DNA of 64,000 bases from Candidatus Omnitrophota bacterium (GCA_041648975.1 JBAZNZ010000001.1:40961-104960); one strand, 5' to 3'; shown: positions 1 to 9,133, counted from the first letter of the stretch. Numbers and translations are program-made. Notes: generated by a model not told the origin, from the letters alone.

Positions 1-108
1 CTGGTCATATTATTATTCAGTCCGCCCAGGAAAAAGGATCCGTAAGGATGAAAGAGGGGGACCGCTGCCGCATGCTTTACATGAATGCCGCCTTAAGATA
101 TAATCTGG

Positions 109-399
109 TTGGGTGAAATGGCTATGGAAAAGGGAAAAAACGACCCCAAAATAATCTCAAGGATGCTTTTTGTGATCGCGGGCGTTATGGGAATCATAGC
201 GCTGATAGCGGGAATTATATGTGGCGTGGCCGGGGTTAATACCGTTCCGATAATATTGTTTTTCGGGTTGACGGGGATGGTATTGCTTTATGCGGCGATC
301 ATATTGCATTGTATCGTCTCAGGCGATGATGATCATCCTCCCGCCGAAGGTGTAAAAAAACCGGAAGAAACAGGTCCGGCAAGGACCGGCAATGGTTAA
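109..399 (+). CDS. small hydrophobic membrane protein (2 predicted TM helices), function unknown
   Basis: 96-aa ORF with two long hydrophobic stretches (IISRMLFVIAGVMGIIALIAGIICGVAGV / PIILFFGLTGMVLLYAAIILHCIV). No recognisable motif. Confidence 0.35.
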   Translation: MGEMAMEKGKNDPKIISRMLFVIAGVMGIIALIAGIICGVAGVNTVPIILFFGLTGMVLLYAAIILHCIVSGDDDHPPAEGVKKPEETGPARTGNG

Positions 400-541
400 A
401 AAGATCCTGGTCACCATGACCCTGACAGGGGCCAAGGCTTTTTTTGACGCGCGGATCGACGGAAGGATGTTCCGGGCCGTGATTAAAGAAGGCATCTCTG
501 CTTGGACGTCCGAACGTACCCGACGTACCCGAAAAAATCAG

Positions 542-570
542 TTGACATAATTTAAGGTCAGTGCTACTAT
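542..570 (+). promoter_or_regulatory. sigma70-type promoter of the pyr operon (TTGACA-17 nt-TACTAT)
   Basis: TTGACA at 542-547, TACTAT at 565-570, exact 17-nt spacer, about 130 nt upstream of pyrR. Confidence 0.6.
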
Positions 571-597
571 TTACGCAGATATAGCCTTTTAAAGATC

Positions 598-611
598 GGT
601 CCCGAGAGGCC
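598..611 (+). promoter_or_regulatory. PyrR-binding loop motif in the pyr leader RNA
   Basis: GGTCCCGAGAGGCC matches the conserved PyrR binding-loop consensus (UCCnGnGAGG) known from Bacillus-type pyr attenuators. It lies between the promoter and the leader terminator. Confidence 0.6.
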
Positions 612-642
612 GAAAAAGGAGAACCGAAATGCAAGGACATGA

Positions 643-682
643 CCTGTTTATCTTATTTGTGAGATGAACAGGTATTTTTTTT
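643..682 (+). terminator. leader attenuator terminator hairpin of the pyr operon
   Basis: CCTGTT(643-648)...AACAGG(667-672) stem followed by a T run (675-682), directly upstream of the pyrR RBS (GAGGTG) and ATG at 697. Confidence 0.5.
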
Positions 683-696
683 AATGAGGTGTTAAA

Positions 697-1257
697 ATGA
701 CGTTGAAAGAGAAGGCGAAGGTCCTGGATAAAGATTCGATGGAGCGGACTATAGAACGCCTCGCCCATGAGATCATTGAGAAAGTAAAACCCATGGACAA
801 GATCGCCGTCATCGGGATAAAATGCCGGGGCGCTTATATAGGCCAGAGGCTTGCCGGAAAGATAGAGGAAATAGGCGGCAAGAAAATCCCGGTAGGCGCG
901 CTTGATATTACGTTATACAGAGACGACCTTACGCAGGCCTCAGAACAGCCCGTAGTTCACGCCACCGAGATAGATTTTGAGATAGACGGCAAGAAGATAA
1001 TCCTGGTGGACGACGTCCTCTACACAGGCAGGACGGTAAGGTGCGCGCTCGACGCGCTTGTGGATTTCGGCCGTCCCGCCCAGATACAGCTAGCGGTCCT
1101 GGTCGACAGGGGCCACAGGGAACTGCCGATACGGGCGGATTACGTCGGGAAGAACGTGCCGACGTCGATCGACGAGGTTGTCGAGGTAAAGTTGAGCGAA
1201 GTGGATGGCAAGGATGAAGTCGTGTTGTGCGAAAAGCGAAGCGGTAAAGGCAGGTAA
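697..1257 (+). CDS. pyrR: bifunctional pyrimidine operon regulator / uracil phosphoribosyltransferase PyrR
   Basis: 186 aa with a PRTase fold signature ([13 protein letters not shown]). First gene after a PyrR-type attenuator, overlapping the pyrB start (ATGG junction). Confidence 0.9.
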   Translation: MTLKEKAKVLDKDSMERTIERLAHEIIEKVKPMDKIAVIGIKCRGAYIGQRLAGKIEEIGGKKIPVGALDITLYRDDLTQASEQPVVHATEIDFEIDGKKIILVDDVLYTGRTVRCALDALVDFGRPAQIQLAVLVDRGHRELPIRADYVGKNVPTSIDEVVEVKLSEVDGKDEVVLCEKRSGKGR

Positions 1258-2201
1258 TGGATAACAAGCTGGTCTGGACGAAGAAGGACCTTCTCGGTCT
1301 CGAGTACCTTTCAAAAGAAGAGATCGAATTTATTTTATATACCGCCCAGGGCTTTAAAGAGGTCACGACCCGCCAGATCAAAAAAGTCCCCGCGCTTCGC
1401 GGCAAGACGGTGGTCAATCTCTTCTACGAACCCTCGACGAGGACCAGGACTTCCTTTGAACTCGCCGCGAAGAGGCTTTCGGCCGACGTCGTAAACGTCG
1501 AGATAGAGGCCTCCAGCGTAAAGAAGGGCGAAACCTTAATAGACACGGGCCGGAACATAGAGGCCCTTAAGATAGACATAATCGTCGTCCGCCATAGCGC
1601 GAGCGGCGCTCCCAATATACTGGCGCGTTCGGTGAAGTCGAGCGTCGTCAATGCCGGCGACGGCTGGCACGAACATCCCACCCAGGCGCTTCTCGACATG
1701 TTCACGCTCCAATCGAAGCTAGGCTCGATCAAGGACCTGAAGGTTAGCATAATCGGCGACATCGCCCATTCACGCGTAGCCCGTTCCAATATCTGGGGCC
1801 TGACAAAACTGGGCGCGAAGGTAACCGTCTGCGCCCCGAAGCTATTGATACCCGAAGGAATAGAGAGGATGGGCGTCAACATCACCAGCGATATCGACGA
1901 AGCCCTCAAAGGGGCGGACGCGATAAACGTCCTGAGGATGCAATTCGAGAGGGACCAGGCGCTCGCCTTCCCTTCAAAGCTGGAATATTTCAAACAGTTC
2001 GGCATTACGGCCGAAAGGCTCAAGAAGTGCAAGCCTGATATAGTAGTGATGCACCCGGGCCCGATAAACCGCGGCATAGAGATGTCGAGCGAGGTCGCCG
2101 ACGGAAAGAACTCGGTCATACTGGAACAGGTGACGAACGGCATAGCGGTCAGGATGGCGGCGCTGTATCTTGTAAGCCACGCCAAAGAGGTCTCCAAATG
2201 A
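1257..2201 (+). CDS. pyrB: aspartate carbamoyltransferase catalytic subunit
   Basis: 314 aa with STRTR, HPTQ and HPGP motifs of the ATCase/OTCase family, in a pyr operon context. Confidence 0.9.
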   Translation: MDNKLVWTKKDLLGLEYLSKEEIEFILYTAQGFKEVTTRQIKKVPALRGKTVVNLFYEPSTRTRTSFELAAKRLSADVVNVEIEASSVKKGETLIDTGRNIEALKIDIIVVRHSASGAPNILARSVKSSVVNAGDGWHEHPTQALLDMFTLQSKLGSIKDLKVSIIGDIAHSRVARSNIWGLTKLGAKVTVCAPKLLIPEGIERMGVNITSDIDEALKGADAINVLRMQFERDQALAFPSKLEYFKQFGITAERLKKCKPDIVVMHPGPINRGIEMSSEVADGKNSVILEQVTNGIAVRMAALYLVSHAKEVSK

Positions 2202-3481
2202 AGTATCTCATAAAGAACGGACGCCTGATAGATCCGGCTAATTCGATCGACCAGGTATGCGATATTCTTATTGCGGACGGCCTGGTGGAAAAGATAGGCA
2301 AGGACCTGAACGGGAAAGCGGACGAGGCCATAGACGCTTCCGGCCATATCGTAGCGCCGGGATTTGTCGATATGCATACGCACCTGAGGGAGCCGGGCAG
2401 GGAGGACGAAGAGACCGTGCGCACCGGGACCCGTGCCGCGGTCAAGGGCGGGTTCACGAGCGTTGCCTGCATGCCGAATACGGAGCCGGCCATAGACGAC
2501 GGCAATACCGTCCGTGCGTTGAAGGCTATAATTAAGAAGGACGCGATGTGCAACGTCTTCATCGTCGGGGCGATCACCGAGGACAGGCTGGGGAGGAGCT
2601 TAAGCGACTTCAAAGGAATGAAGGCGGAAGGCATCGTGGGGATTTCCGACGACGGATCGCCGGTTGCCGACGAGAAGGTCATGCTGGAGGCGTTGAAAGA
2701 AGCGAAGAGAGACTCGTTAATACTTATAGCGCACTGCGAAGACGTCAGGCTCTCGGCGAACGGCGTGATAAATAAGAGTTTCACGGCTACGAAGATGGGC
2801 CTGCGCGGCATATCCAGGGAATCCGAATACGAGATCGTGAAACGCGACTTAGCTCTGGCGAAGAAGGCTCAGTCGCAGATCCATATCGCGCACGTTAGCT
2901 GCGCCGAATCGGTCGATATTATACGTAAAGCGAAAAAGGACGGCGTAAGAGCGAGCGCCGAGACGGCCCCGCATTATTTTTCCCTTACGGAAGAATGCTG
3001 CGTCACTTACGACACGAACACCAAGATGAACCCGCCGCTCAGGGCCAAAGAGGATGTGGAGGCGATAAAGAGGGCCTTATCCGACGGCACCATAGACGCG
3101 ATAGCCACAGATCACGCCCCGCATACGGATTCGGAGAAGGACGTGGAGTTCGACTTCGCGCCATTCGGCATAATAGGGCTCGAGACGGCGCTCGGCGTCG
3201 CGTTCATGGAGCTGGTCGAGCCGAAAACGATCTCGTGGAGCGGCCTGATAACAAAGATGTCCGTCAATCCGGCGAAGATACTGGGAATAGACAGAGGCAG
3301 CCTCGCGAAGGGGAAGGCTGCGGACATAGTGATAATAGATCCCGAAAAGGAATGGATATATAAGAAAGAGTCGATAGAATCGAAGTCGAGGAACTCGCCG
3401 TTCATAGGCTGGACGATGAGGGCAAAAGCGACGCACCTCTTCGTCGGCGGTAAGCTTGTAATGAAGGACGGCTCTATTTAA
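2198..3481 (+). CDS. pyrC: dihydroorotase (class I, 427 aa)
   Basis: DMHTHLREPG and DHAPH metal-binding motifs. The start overlaps the pyrB stop (ATGA). Confidence 0.9.
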   Translation: MKYLIKNGRLIDPANSIDQVCDILIADGLVEKIGKDLNGKADEAIDASGHIVAPGFVDMHTHLREPGREDEETVRTGTRAAVKGGFTSVACMPNTEPAIDDGNTVRALKAIIKKDAMCNVFIVGAITEDRLGRSLSDFKGMKAEGIVGISDDGSPVADEKVMLEALKEAKRDSLILIAHCEDVRLSANGVINKSFTATKMGLRGISRESEYEIVKRDLALAKKAQSQIHIAHVSCAESVDIIRKAKKDGVRASAETAPHYFSLTEECCVTYDTNTKMNPPLRAKEDVEAIKRALSDGTIDAIATDHAPHTDSEKDVEFDFAPFGIIGLETALGVAFMELVEPKTISWSGLITKMSVNPAKILGIDRGSLAKGKAADIVIIDPEKEWIYKKESIESKSRNSPFIGWTMRAKATHLFVGGKLVMKDGSI

Positions 3482-3492
3482 GGGTGCCTAAG

Positions 3493-4722
3493 ATGTTTAT
3501 AGCGGACCTTCATATCCATTCGAAATATTCACGCGCCACGTCGAAAGAGATGGACCTGGAGAGCCTGACGAAATGGGCAAAGATAAAAGGCGTATCGATG
3601 CTCGGCACAGGGGATTTTACCCATCCCGCCTGGCTTGCCGAATTGAAGAACAAGCTGGAAGAGGTCGAATACGGCGTTTATAAGCGCGAAGGCGTATATT
3701 TCCTGCTGACCACGGAGGTCTCCAATATATATTTTAAGGCCGGCAGGACGCGCAAGGTCCACAACATATTGATCGCTCCAAGCTTCAAGGCCGCGGATGA
3801 GATAAATTCGGCCCTGTCTGAATACGGCAGCCTCTCCTCCGACGGGCGGCCGATACTCAGCCTCGAATGCGACAAGATGGTGCGCGCTCTTTCCGGGATA
3901 GACCCGGACATAATATTCATACCGGGCCACGCATGGACGCCGCATTTCGGCATATTCGGGTCGAACTCGGGGTTCGATTCGCCGGAAGAATGCTTCGAAG
4001 GCGAACTGGGGAAGATATTCTCGATCGAGACCGGACTCTCGAGCGACCCGGCGATGAACTGGCGATGGTCAAAGCTCGACAGGTTCTGCCTCACGTCCCA
4101 TTCGGATGCCCATTCGCCGTCGAAGATCGGCCGCGAGGCGAACGTATTTAAGGATAAGATAAATTATAAAGACCTTGTCGAAATATTGAAGACAAAAGAT
4201 AAGACGAGATTCCTCTATACCGTGGAATTTTTTCCCGAGGAAGGGAAATACCACTGGGACGGGCACAGGAATTGCAAGGTGAGGATGCCTCCCCGGGAAG
4301 CGCTGCGTTCGAACAACCTCTGCCCTGTATGCGGAAAGAAGATCACAATAGGCGTTATGCATAGGGTCGAAGGGCTTGCCGACCGGAAAGAGGGGTATGT
4401 CGACGCCTCGAGCCCGTCGTTCAAGAGGGCGGTCGGGCTCGTCGAGATCATAGGGGACGCGCTGGGCGTCGGAGCCGCGACGCTAACAGTCGAAAGAGAG
4501 TACCTGCGGCTCATAAAGAATTTCGGGAACGAATTCAATATACTGCTGGATATGCCGGAGAGTGAGATAGCGGAAAATTTACCTCCCAGGATAGCAAAAG
4601 GGATCCTGAACGTAAGGCGCGGCAACCTCGAGATAGAGCCCGGTTATGACGGTGAATACGGCAAGGTGAAGATATTCAAAGAAGGCGATAAAGAGGCGGA
4701 GAAGCAGATGAGTTTCCTATGA
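3493..4722 (+). CDS. PHP-domain nuclease, endonuclease Q-like
   Basis: N-terminal PHP motif (ADLHIHSKYSRATS), about 410 aa, C-terminal Cys cluster (NC...CPVCGKK). Domain order and length resemble EndoQ (deaminated-base endonuclease). Start chosen at ATG 3493 (GTG at 3484 also possible). Confidence 0.5.
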   Translation: MFIADLHIHSKYSRATSKEMDLESLTKWAKIKGVSMLGTGDFTHPAWLAELKNKLEEVEYGVYKREGVYFLLTTEVSNIYFKAGRTRKVHNILIAPSFKAADEINSALSEYGSLSSDGRPILSLECDKMVRALSGIDPDIIFIPGHAWTPHFGIFGSNSGFDSPEECFEGELGKIFSIETGLSSDPAMNWRWSKLDRFCLTSHSDAHSPSKIGREANVFKDKINYKDLVEILKTKDKTRFLYTVEFFPEEGKYHWDGHRNCKVRMPPREALRSNNLCPVCGKKITIGVMHRVEGLADRKEGYVDASSPSFKRAVGLVEIIGDALGVGAATLTVEREYLRLIKNFGNEFNILLDMPESEIAENLPPRIAKGILNVRRGNLEIEPGYDGEYGKVKIFKEGDKEAEKQMSFL

Positions 4723-5495
4723 AACAGCTAAAGGCAAAGATAATACAGAACGAAAAGATTGCTGAAGGTTTCTACAGGATGCGCGTGGAGTCGCCGTATC
4801 TTGCCGCGCGCGCGAGGCCGGGCCAGTTCGTGGAGGTCAGGTGTTCCGACGGTGTAGAACCGCTGCTGCGCCGTCCCCTCGGGTGCCACAGGATACTGAA
4901 GAGCGGCATCGATCTGCTGTATGAGGTGGTCGGGGAAGGGACAGGGCTCCTTTCCCGGAAAAAAGCCGGCGAGTATCTGAATGTGATAGGCCCTCTGGGG
5001 AACGGGTTCGATATATGCGGAACGAAACCGGCTATACTTGTCGCCGGAGGCGTCGGGGCCGCGCCGTTATTGGCGTTGGCGGAAAAATTAAGGGCTCAAA
5101 ATATCGAAGTCAATGTATTGATAGGCGCGAGTAAAAAATCGCACGTCCTCTGCGAAAGAGAATTTAAAAAATTGGGATGCAAGGTCAGCGTTTCTACCGA
5201 TGACGGCTCTGCGGGGCGCAAGGGCTTTGTAACGGATCTGCTGTCCATTTTACTTACGACTTACAACTTATCACTTACAACTATATACGCCTGCGGGCCC
5301 AACGCGATGTTGAAAGAGGTTGCGCGCATCGCCGGGAAGCGCGGCGTGCCGTGCCAGGTCTCGCTCGAAGAGCGGATGGCATGCGGCGTCGGCGTCTGCC
5401 TGGGTTGCCCTGTCAAAATAAAAAATTCGAAATTTGTATATAAGATGGTCTGCAAAGACGGGCCGATATTCGATGCCAAAGAGATAGCCTGGTAG
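4719..5495 (+). CDS. pyrK: dihydroorotate dehydrogenase electron-transfer subunit
   Basis: 258 aa, FAD/NAD-binding ferredoxin-reductase fold, C-terminal 2Fe-2S Cys cluster (CGVGVCLGC), immediately upstream of pyrD. Confidence 0.85.
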   Translation: MKQLKAKIIQNEKIAEGFYRMRVESPYLAARARPGQFVEVRCSDGVEPLLRRPLGCHRILKSGIDLLYEVVGEGTGLLSRKKAGEYLNVIGPLGNGFDICGTKPAILVAGGVGAAPLLALAEKLRAQNIEVNVLIGASKKSHVLCEREFKKLGCKVSVSTDDGSAGRKGFVTDLLSILLTTYNLSLTTIYACGPNAMLKEVARIAGKRGVPCQVSLEERMACGVGVCLGCPVKIKNSKFVYKMVCKDGPIFDAKEIAW

Positions 5496-5507
5496 GAAGA
5501 GAGATAT

Positions 5508-6431
5508 ATGAAATCCGATATGTCGGTAAAGATAGGAAAGCTTAAACTGAAAAATCCCGTGATGGCGGCGTCAGGGACATATGGTATGGAATACGCCGAA
5601 CTATCCGGCATCGATACGTTCGGCGCCGTAGTGACGAAGACGATAACATTAAAGGGCCGCGCGGGTAACCCTCCCCCGAGGGTGGCGGAGACGGCATCAG
5701 GCATGCTCAATTCCATAGGCCTCGAGAATAAAGGATTGGAAGACTTCATTATTAATAAACTACCGCTCTACGATAGATTCAAAGGGGCCGTAATAGTAAG
5801 TATATCGGGCGACAACGAGAGTGAATTTGCGAAGCTGGCGTCGGCGCTTGGTTCTATCCGACGCGTAGACGCGCTGGAGCTTAACCTGTCGTGCCCGAAT
5901 CTGATGAGGGGCGCGGAAAAAGGGACAGGCATAATCGCGCAGGACGAAAAAGCGGTATATAAGATCGTTAAAGCCGTGAGAAGGGCCGCTCCCATTACGG
6001 TCATAGCAAAACTTTCGCCTAATGTCACCGATATGGGTAATGTAGCGAGCTCGGCCGAAGCAGGCGGAGCGGATTCGATATCCCTGGTAAATACGTTCCT
6101 GGGGATGGCCGTAGATATTGATACAAAAAAGCCTAAACTCGGCAATATCACGGGCGGCTTAAGCGGTCCGGCGATAAAACCGATAGCTCTCAGGATGGTC
6201 TGGGAGGCGTACAAAGCGGTCGATATCCCGGTAATAGGTATGGGCGGGATAATGGACTGGCGCGACGCGGTTGAATTTATTATATGCGGCGCCTCTGCCG
6301 TCCAGGTGGGGACGGCCAATTTTGTCGATACGGCCGCGGCGGGCGGGATAGTTCGCGGCATTGAAAATTATTTATCGAAGAACAAAATCGGTGGTATAAA
6401 AAGATTAGCAGGAACTCTCAGGTTGGGATGA
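5508..6431 (+). CDS. pyrD: dihydroorotate dehydrogenase catalytic subunit (class 1B)
   Basis: 307-aa TIM-barrel DHOD (NLSCPN, GGISSG-like), paired with pyrK. Confidence 0.9.
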   Translation: MKSDMSVKIGKLKLKNPVMAASGTYGMEYAELSGIDTFGAVVTKTITLKGRAGNPPPRVAETASGMLNSIGLENKGLEDFIINKLPLYDRFKGAVIVSISGDNESEFAKLASALGSIRRVDALELNLSCPNLMRGAEKGTGIIAQDEKAVYKIVKAVRRAAPITVIAKLSPNVTDMGNVASSAEAGGADSISLVNTFLGMAVDIDTKKPKLGNITGGLSGPAIKPIALRMVWEAYKAVDIPVIGMGGIMDWRDAVEFIICGASAVQVGTANFVDTAAAGGIVRGIENYLSKNKIGGIKRLAGTLRLG

Positions 6432-6442
6432 GGAGAAACGGC

Positions 6443-7180
6443 ATGGCAATGAACGCAAGAGACGCCTTGATAGTCGCCCTCGACATGGATAGCGAAGATA
6501 AGGCAATAAAAGCTGTCGAAAAGCTGAAAAACGATGTGCGGTTCTTCAAGGTGGGGCTGGAGCTATTCTCGTCGTGCGGGCCGGACATAGTAAGGCGCAT
6601 TAAAGAGGCCGGATGCGAAGTCTTCCTCGATCTTAAATTCCACGATATACCGAATACTGTAGCTAAGGCCGCCGTGTCCGCGGCAAGGCTCTCGCCGTTC
6701 ATGTTCAATGTTCATGCGCTCGGCGGGTACGATATGATGAAACGGACCGCCGAAGCGGTCGCGGAAGAAGCTAAGAAGTCTCCGGCGCGCTCAAGGCCGA
6801 AAGTCCTCGCGGTCACAATATTGACGAGCATGGACGAAAACGCTTTGGCAAGTATAGGTATAAAAGATAATGTGGAAAAGGCCGTATTAAGGCTGGCGGA
6901 GACGGCAAAGTCGGCCGGTCTTGACGGCGTCGTGGCCTCGCCCGCTGAGACCGCTCTTATAAGAGAGAAACTGGGCAAAGGCTTTTTAATAGTGACGCCG
7001 GGTGTGCGGCCTGCCTGGGCGGCTGTGAACGACCAGAAGAGGATAGCCACACCTAAGGACGCTATCGGCGCGGGGGCCGATTTCATAGTGGTTGGGCGGC
7101 CGATAACGGAAGCAAGAGATCCAGGTAAAGCTGTGCGGGAAATATTGGATGAAATGATCGAAATAGATAGAAATTTATAG
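6443..7180 (+). CDS. pyrF: orotidine 5'-phosphate decarboxylase
   Basis: ALDMD...FLDLKFHDIPNT motif (catalytic Asp/Lys). Start set at ATG 6443 after GAGGAG. The longer ORF begins at 6428. Confidence 0.85.
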   Translation: MAMNARDALIVALDMDSEDKAIKAVEKLKNDVRFFKVGLELFSSCGPDIVRRIKEAGCEVFLDLKFHDIPNTVAKAAVSAARLSPFMFNVHALGGYDMMKRTAEAVAEEAKKSPARSRPKVLAVTILTSMDENALASIGIKDNVEKAVLRLAETAKSAGLDGVVASPAETALIREKLGKGFLIVTPGVRPAWAAVNDQKRIATPKDAIGAGADFIVVGRPITEARDPGKAVREILDEMIEIDRNL

Positions 7181-7217
7181 AAATAAGTTGTGAATTGAAA
7201 AGGTTGAGGTAATTATA

Positions 7218-7829
7218 ATGACGGAAAAAGACGTATTGAAGATATTCGAGGACAACAACGCGCTTTTGACAGGCCACTTTAAGCTTTCAAGCGGCCTTCA
7301 TAGCGAGAAATATTTGCAGTGCGCGCTCGTCCTGCAATTCCCGGAGATCGCCCAGAAGCTGTCTGAGGAGCTGGCGAAGAAGTTTTCTAATCTCGGGAAG
7401 ATCGATCTTGTGGTAGGGCCGGCGCTGGGCGGAGTGACGCTGGCGTATGAGGTCGCGAGGGCGCTCGACGTAAGAGGGCTATTTACGGAGAGGCAAGAGG
7501 GCCCGCCTGCCGCGATAGAAATTCCGAGCAGTCGGGCAGGAAAGATGGTCCTTCGCAGAGGGTTTGCTATTAAAGCGGGTGAGAAGGCCCTGGTCGTGGA
7601 GGATGTCGTGACTACCGGCGGCTCGACGAAAGAGGTCATCGACGTAGTGAAGGCATGCGGGGGCGTAGTCGCGGGGGTCGGAAGCGTTATCGATAGGTCG
7701 AGCGCTCCCGTCGACTTCGGAGTGCCGTTCGCGGCGCTCGCCAGGGTGAAGGTCGAGACCTATAAAGAGGAAGCGTGCCCTCTCTGTAAAAAAGGTGTGC
7801 CGGTATACAAGCCGGGCTCGAGGAAGTAA
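7218..7829 (+). CDS. pyrE: orotate phosphoribosyltransferase
   Basis: 203-aa type I PRTase (VVEDVVTTGGS), last gene of the pyr cluster. Confidence 0.9.
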   Translation: MTEKDVLKIFEDNNALLTGHFKLSSGLHSEKYLQCALVLQFPEIAQKLSEELAKKFSNLGKIDLVVGPALGGVTLAYEVARALDVRGLFTERQEGPPAAIEIPSSRAGKMVLRRGFAIKAGEKALVVEDVVTTGGSTKEVIDVVKACGGVVAGVGSVIDRSSAPVDFGVPFAALARVKVETYKEEACPLCKKGVPVYKPGSRK

Positions 7830-7841
7830 AGCTTGTAATAC

Positions 7842-7887
7842 CAGAACCCTCGTGATATAGTAACATAACACTAATACGAGGGTTCTG
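7842..7887 (+). promoter_or_regulatory. 12-bp-stem hairpin between pyrE and the next ORF (CAGAACCCTCGT...ACGAGGGTTCTG)
   Basis: Perfect inverted repeat at 7842-7853 and 7876-7887 with a 22-nt loop and no T tract. The 3' arm contains the GAGGG RBS of the ORF at 7890. Confidence 0.4.
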
Positions 7888-7889
7888 TA

Positions 7890-8642
7890 ATGAAAGTTGA
7901 GGAAAGAAATAGGGCGCGACAATTACGCTCGAAGGGATGGTCTTTACGTGCCATAGCGTTTGAAATAAAGTGCTCTAAAAGCGTAGTAAGCAAGTGGATA
8001 TCGGACATACAATTAACAGAAAAACAGATAGAAAAATTAAAGGATAATCAAGATAGGGGACGAGCAAGGGCTGCTCAACATCCCAACAGCCCAAAAAAGA
8101 AATGGGAAAGAATAAGAAATGAGATTATCGAACAGTCATCGACAGAGATGCCAACGACCTTTTCAAAAACAGAGCTTAAAATTATAGGAGCCGCCCTATA
8201 TTGGGCTGAGGGATACAATGCTTCTCGAAATTATTTTTTGTTTACTAACTCTAATCCGGATATGATAAAAGTTATGATGCATTTTTTAAAAGAATGTTGC
8301 AATGTGCCGCTTAATAAAATTAAGGGGAGAGTTAATATCCACCCTCATCTGGATATTAAGAAAGCGGAAAAATTTTGGTTAAATGTTACTGGTATGCATA
8401 GATGTAACCTAAACAAACCGCTCCTGGCCGTAAGTAGAGCAAGCAAGCATAAAAAAGACACCTTACCTATGGGTACTTTTAATATAGGGATTTGTGATGT
8501 TTATTTGCTTTCAAAAGTTAAAGGGTGGATAAAAGGAATAGCCAAGGGGGCAGCTAGCTCAGTCGGTAGAGCATCCGGCTTACATCCGGAAGGTTCACAG
8601 GTTCGAGCCCTGTGCTGCCCACCAAATTTTACCAGAGTTTAA
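7890..8642 (+). CDS. HTH plus LAGLIDADG-like homing-endonuclease-like protein. The ORF reads through tRNA-Val, so the true C-terminus is uncertain
   Basis: N-terminal HTH (RNRARQLRSKGWSLRAIAFEIKCSKSVVSKWI), then IIGAALYWAEGY (a LAGLIDADG-like xxGxxxxxEG block). The reading frame has no stop before 8642 and overlaps tRNA-Val (8548-8624). Confidence 0.35.
   Translation: MKVEERNRARQLRSKGWSLRAIAFEIKCSKSVVSKWISDIQLTEKQIEKLKDNQDRGRARAAQHPNSPKKKWERIRNEIIEQSSTEMPTTFSKTELKIIGAALYWAEGYNASRNYFLFTNSNPDMIKVMMHFLKECCNVPLNKIKGRVNIHPHLDIKKAEKFWLNVTGMHRCNLNKPLLAVSRASKHKKDTLPMGTFNIGICDVYLLSKVKGWIKGIAKGAASSVGRASGLHPEGSQVRALCCPPNFTRV
8548..8624 (+). tRNA. tRNA-Val (anticodon TAC)
   Basis: Manual fold: acceptor GGGCAGC/GCTGCCC, anticodon arm TCCGG-CTTACAT-CCGGA, T arm ACAGG-TTCGAGC-CCTGT, encoded CCA. 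Confidence 0.85.
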
Positions 8643-8784
8643 CTCAAGTAAAATTTGTCCTGAGGAAGCTGAAGTTAGACTGTATGCTGACGAGGGGCTA
8701 CCTTTAAAAAGACTGCAGTTGTCTGAAAGGTTTTCCTTAATGTTCCTTTCCAAAATGGATGCAAAGAGGCGCAGAAAATAGTCC

Positions 8785-9033
8785 TTGATGAAAGAATGGG
8801 TTTTATATATAATTAAATGCCGCGACGGTTCATTATATACAGGTATTACGACCGATCTAAATAAGCGGCTTCGGCTTCACAACGAGGGTAAGGCATCGAA
8901 ATATACGCGATCCCGCAGGCCGGTCAGGCTGGCGCGTACAGAGGTCTTTAACAACGAATCTTCGGCAAGGAAGAGGGAGGCCGAGGTCAAAAGCCTTTCC
9001 CGCGCCGAGAAATTAGAATTAACAGCAAAATAG
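8785..9033 (+). CDS. GIY-YIG nuclease family protein (YhbQ/UPF0213-like), 82 aa
   Basis: WVLYIIKCRDGSLYTGITTDLNKRLRLHN is a canonical GIY-YIG signature. It ends 20 nt before tRNA-Asp. Confidence 0.75.
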   Translation: MMKEWVLYIIKCRDGSLYTGITTDLNKRLRLHNEGKASKYTRSRRPVRLARTEVFNNESSARKREAEVKSLSRAEKLELTAK

Positions 9034-9052
9034 CAGTTTAAGACACAAGACT

Positions 9053-9129
9053 GGGGACGTAGTTCAGTTGGTTAGAACGTCAGATTGTCGATCTGAAGGT
9101 CGCGGGTTCGACCCCCGTCGTCCCCGCCA
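9053..9129 (+). tRNA. tRNA-Asp (anticodon GTC), integration target of the island
   Basis: Acceptor GGGGACG/CGTCCCC, anticodon arm TCAGA-TTGTCGA-TCTGA, T arm GCGGG-TTCGACC-CCCGT, CCA encoded. The 3' 19 nt are repeated at 19436-19454. Confidence 0.85.
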
Positions 9130-9133
9130 TATA

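Noticed and set aside
1424-2811. Long antisense ORFs (1424-2383 -, 2149-2811 -) inside pyrB/pyrC
   Set aside because: They run opposite to strongly supported conserved pyr genes and have low-complexity Ser/Ala/Pro-rich translations typical of GC-rich antisense frames.
7890-8642. Treating the full 250-aa ORF as a bona fide protein
   Set aside because: The last about 30 codons are the tRNA-Val gene read in frame, so the true C-terminus is probably upstream or the ORF is a decaying gene. It is kept as a low-confidence feature rather than rejected outright.
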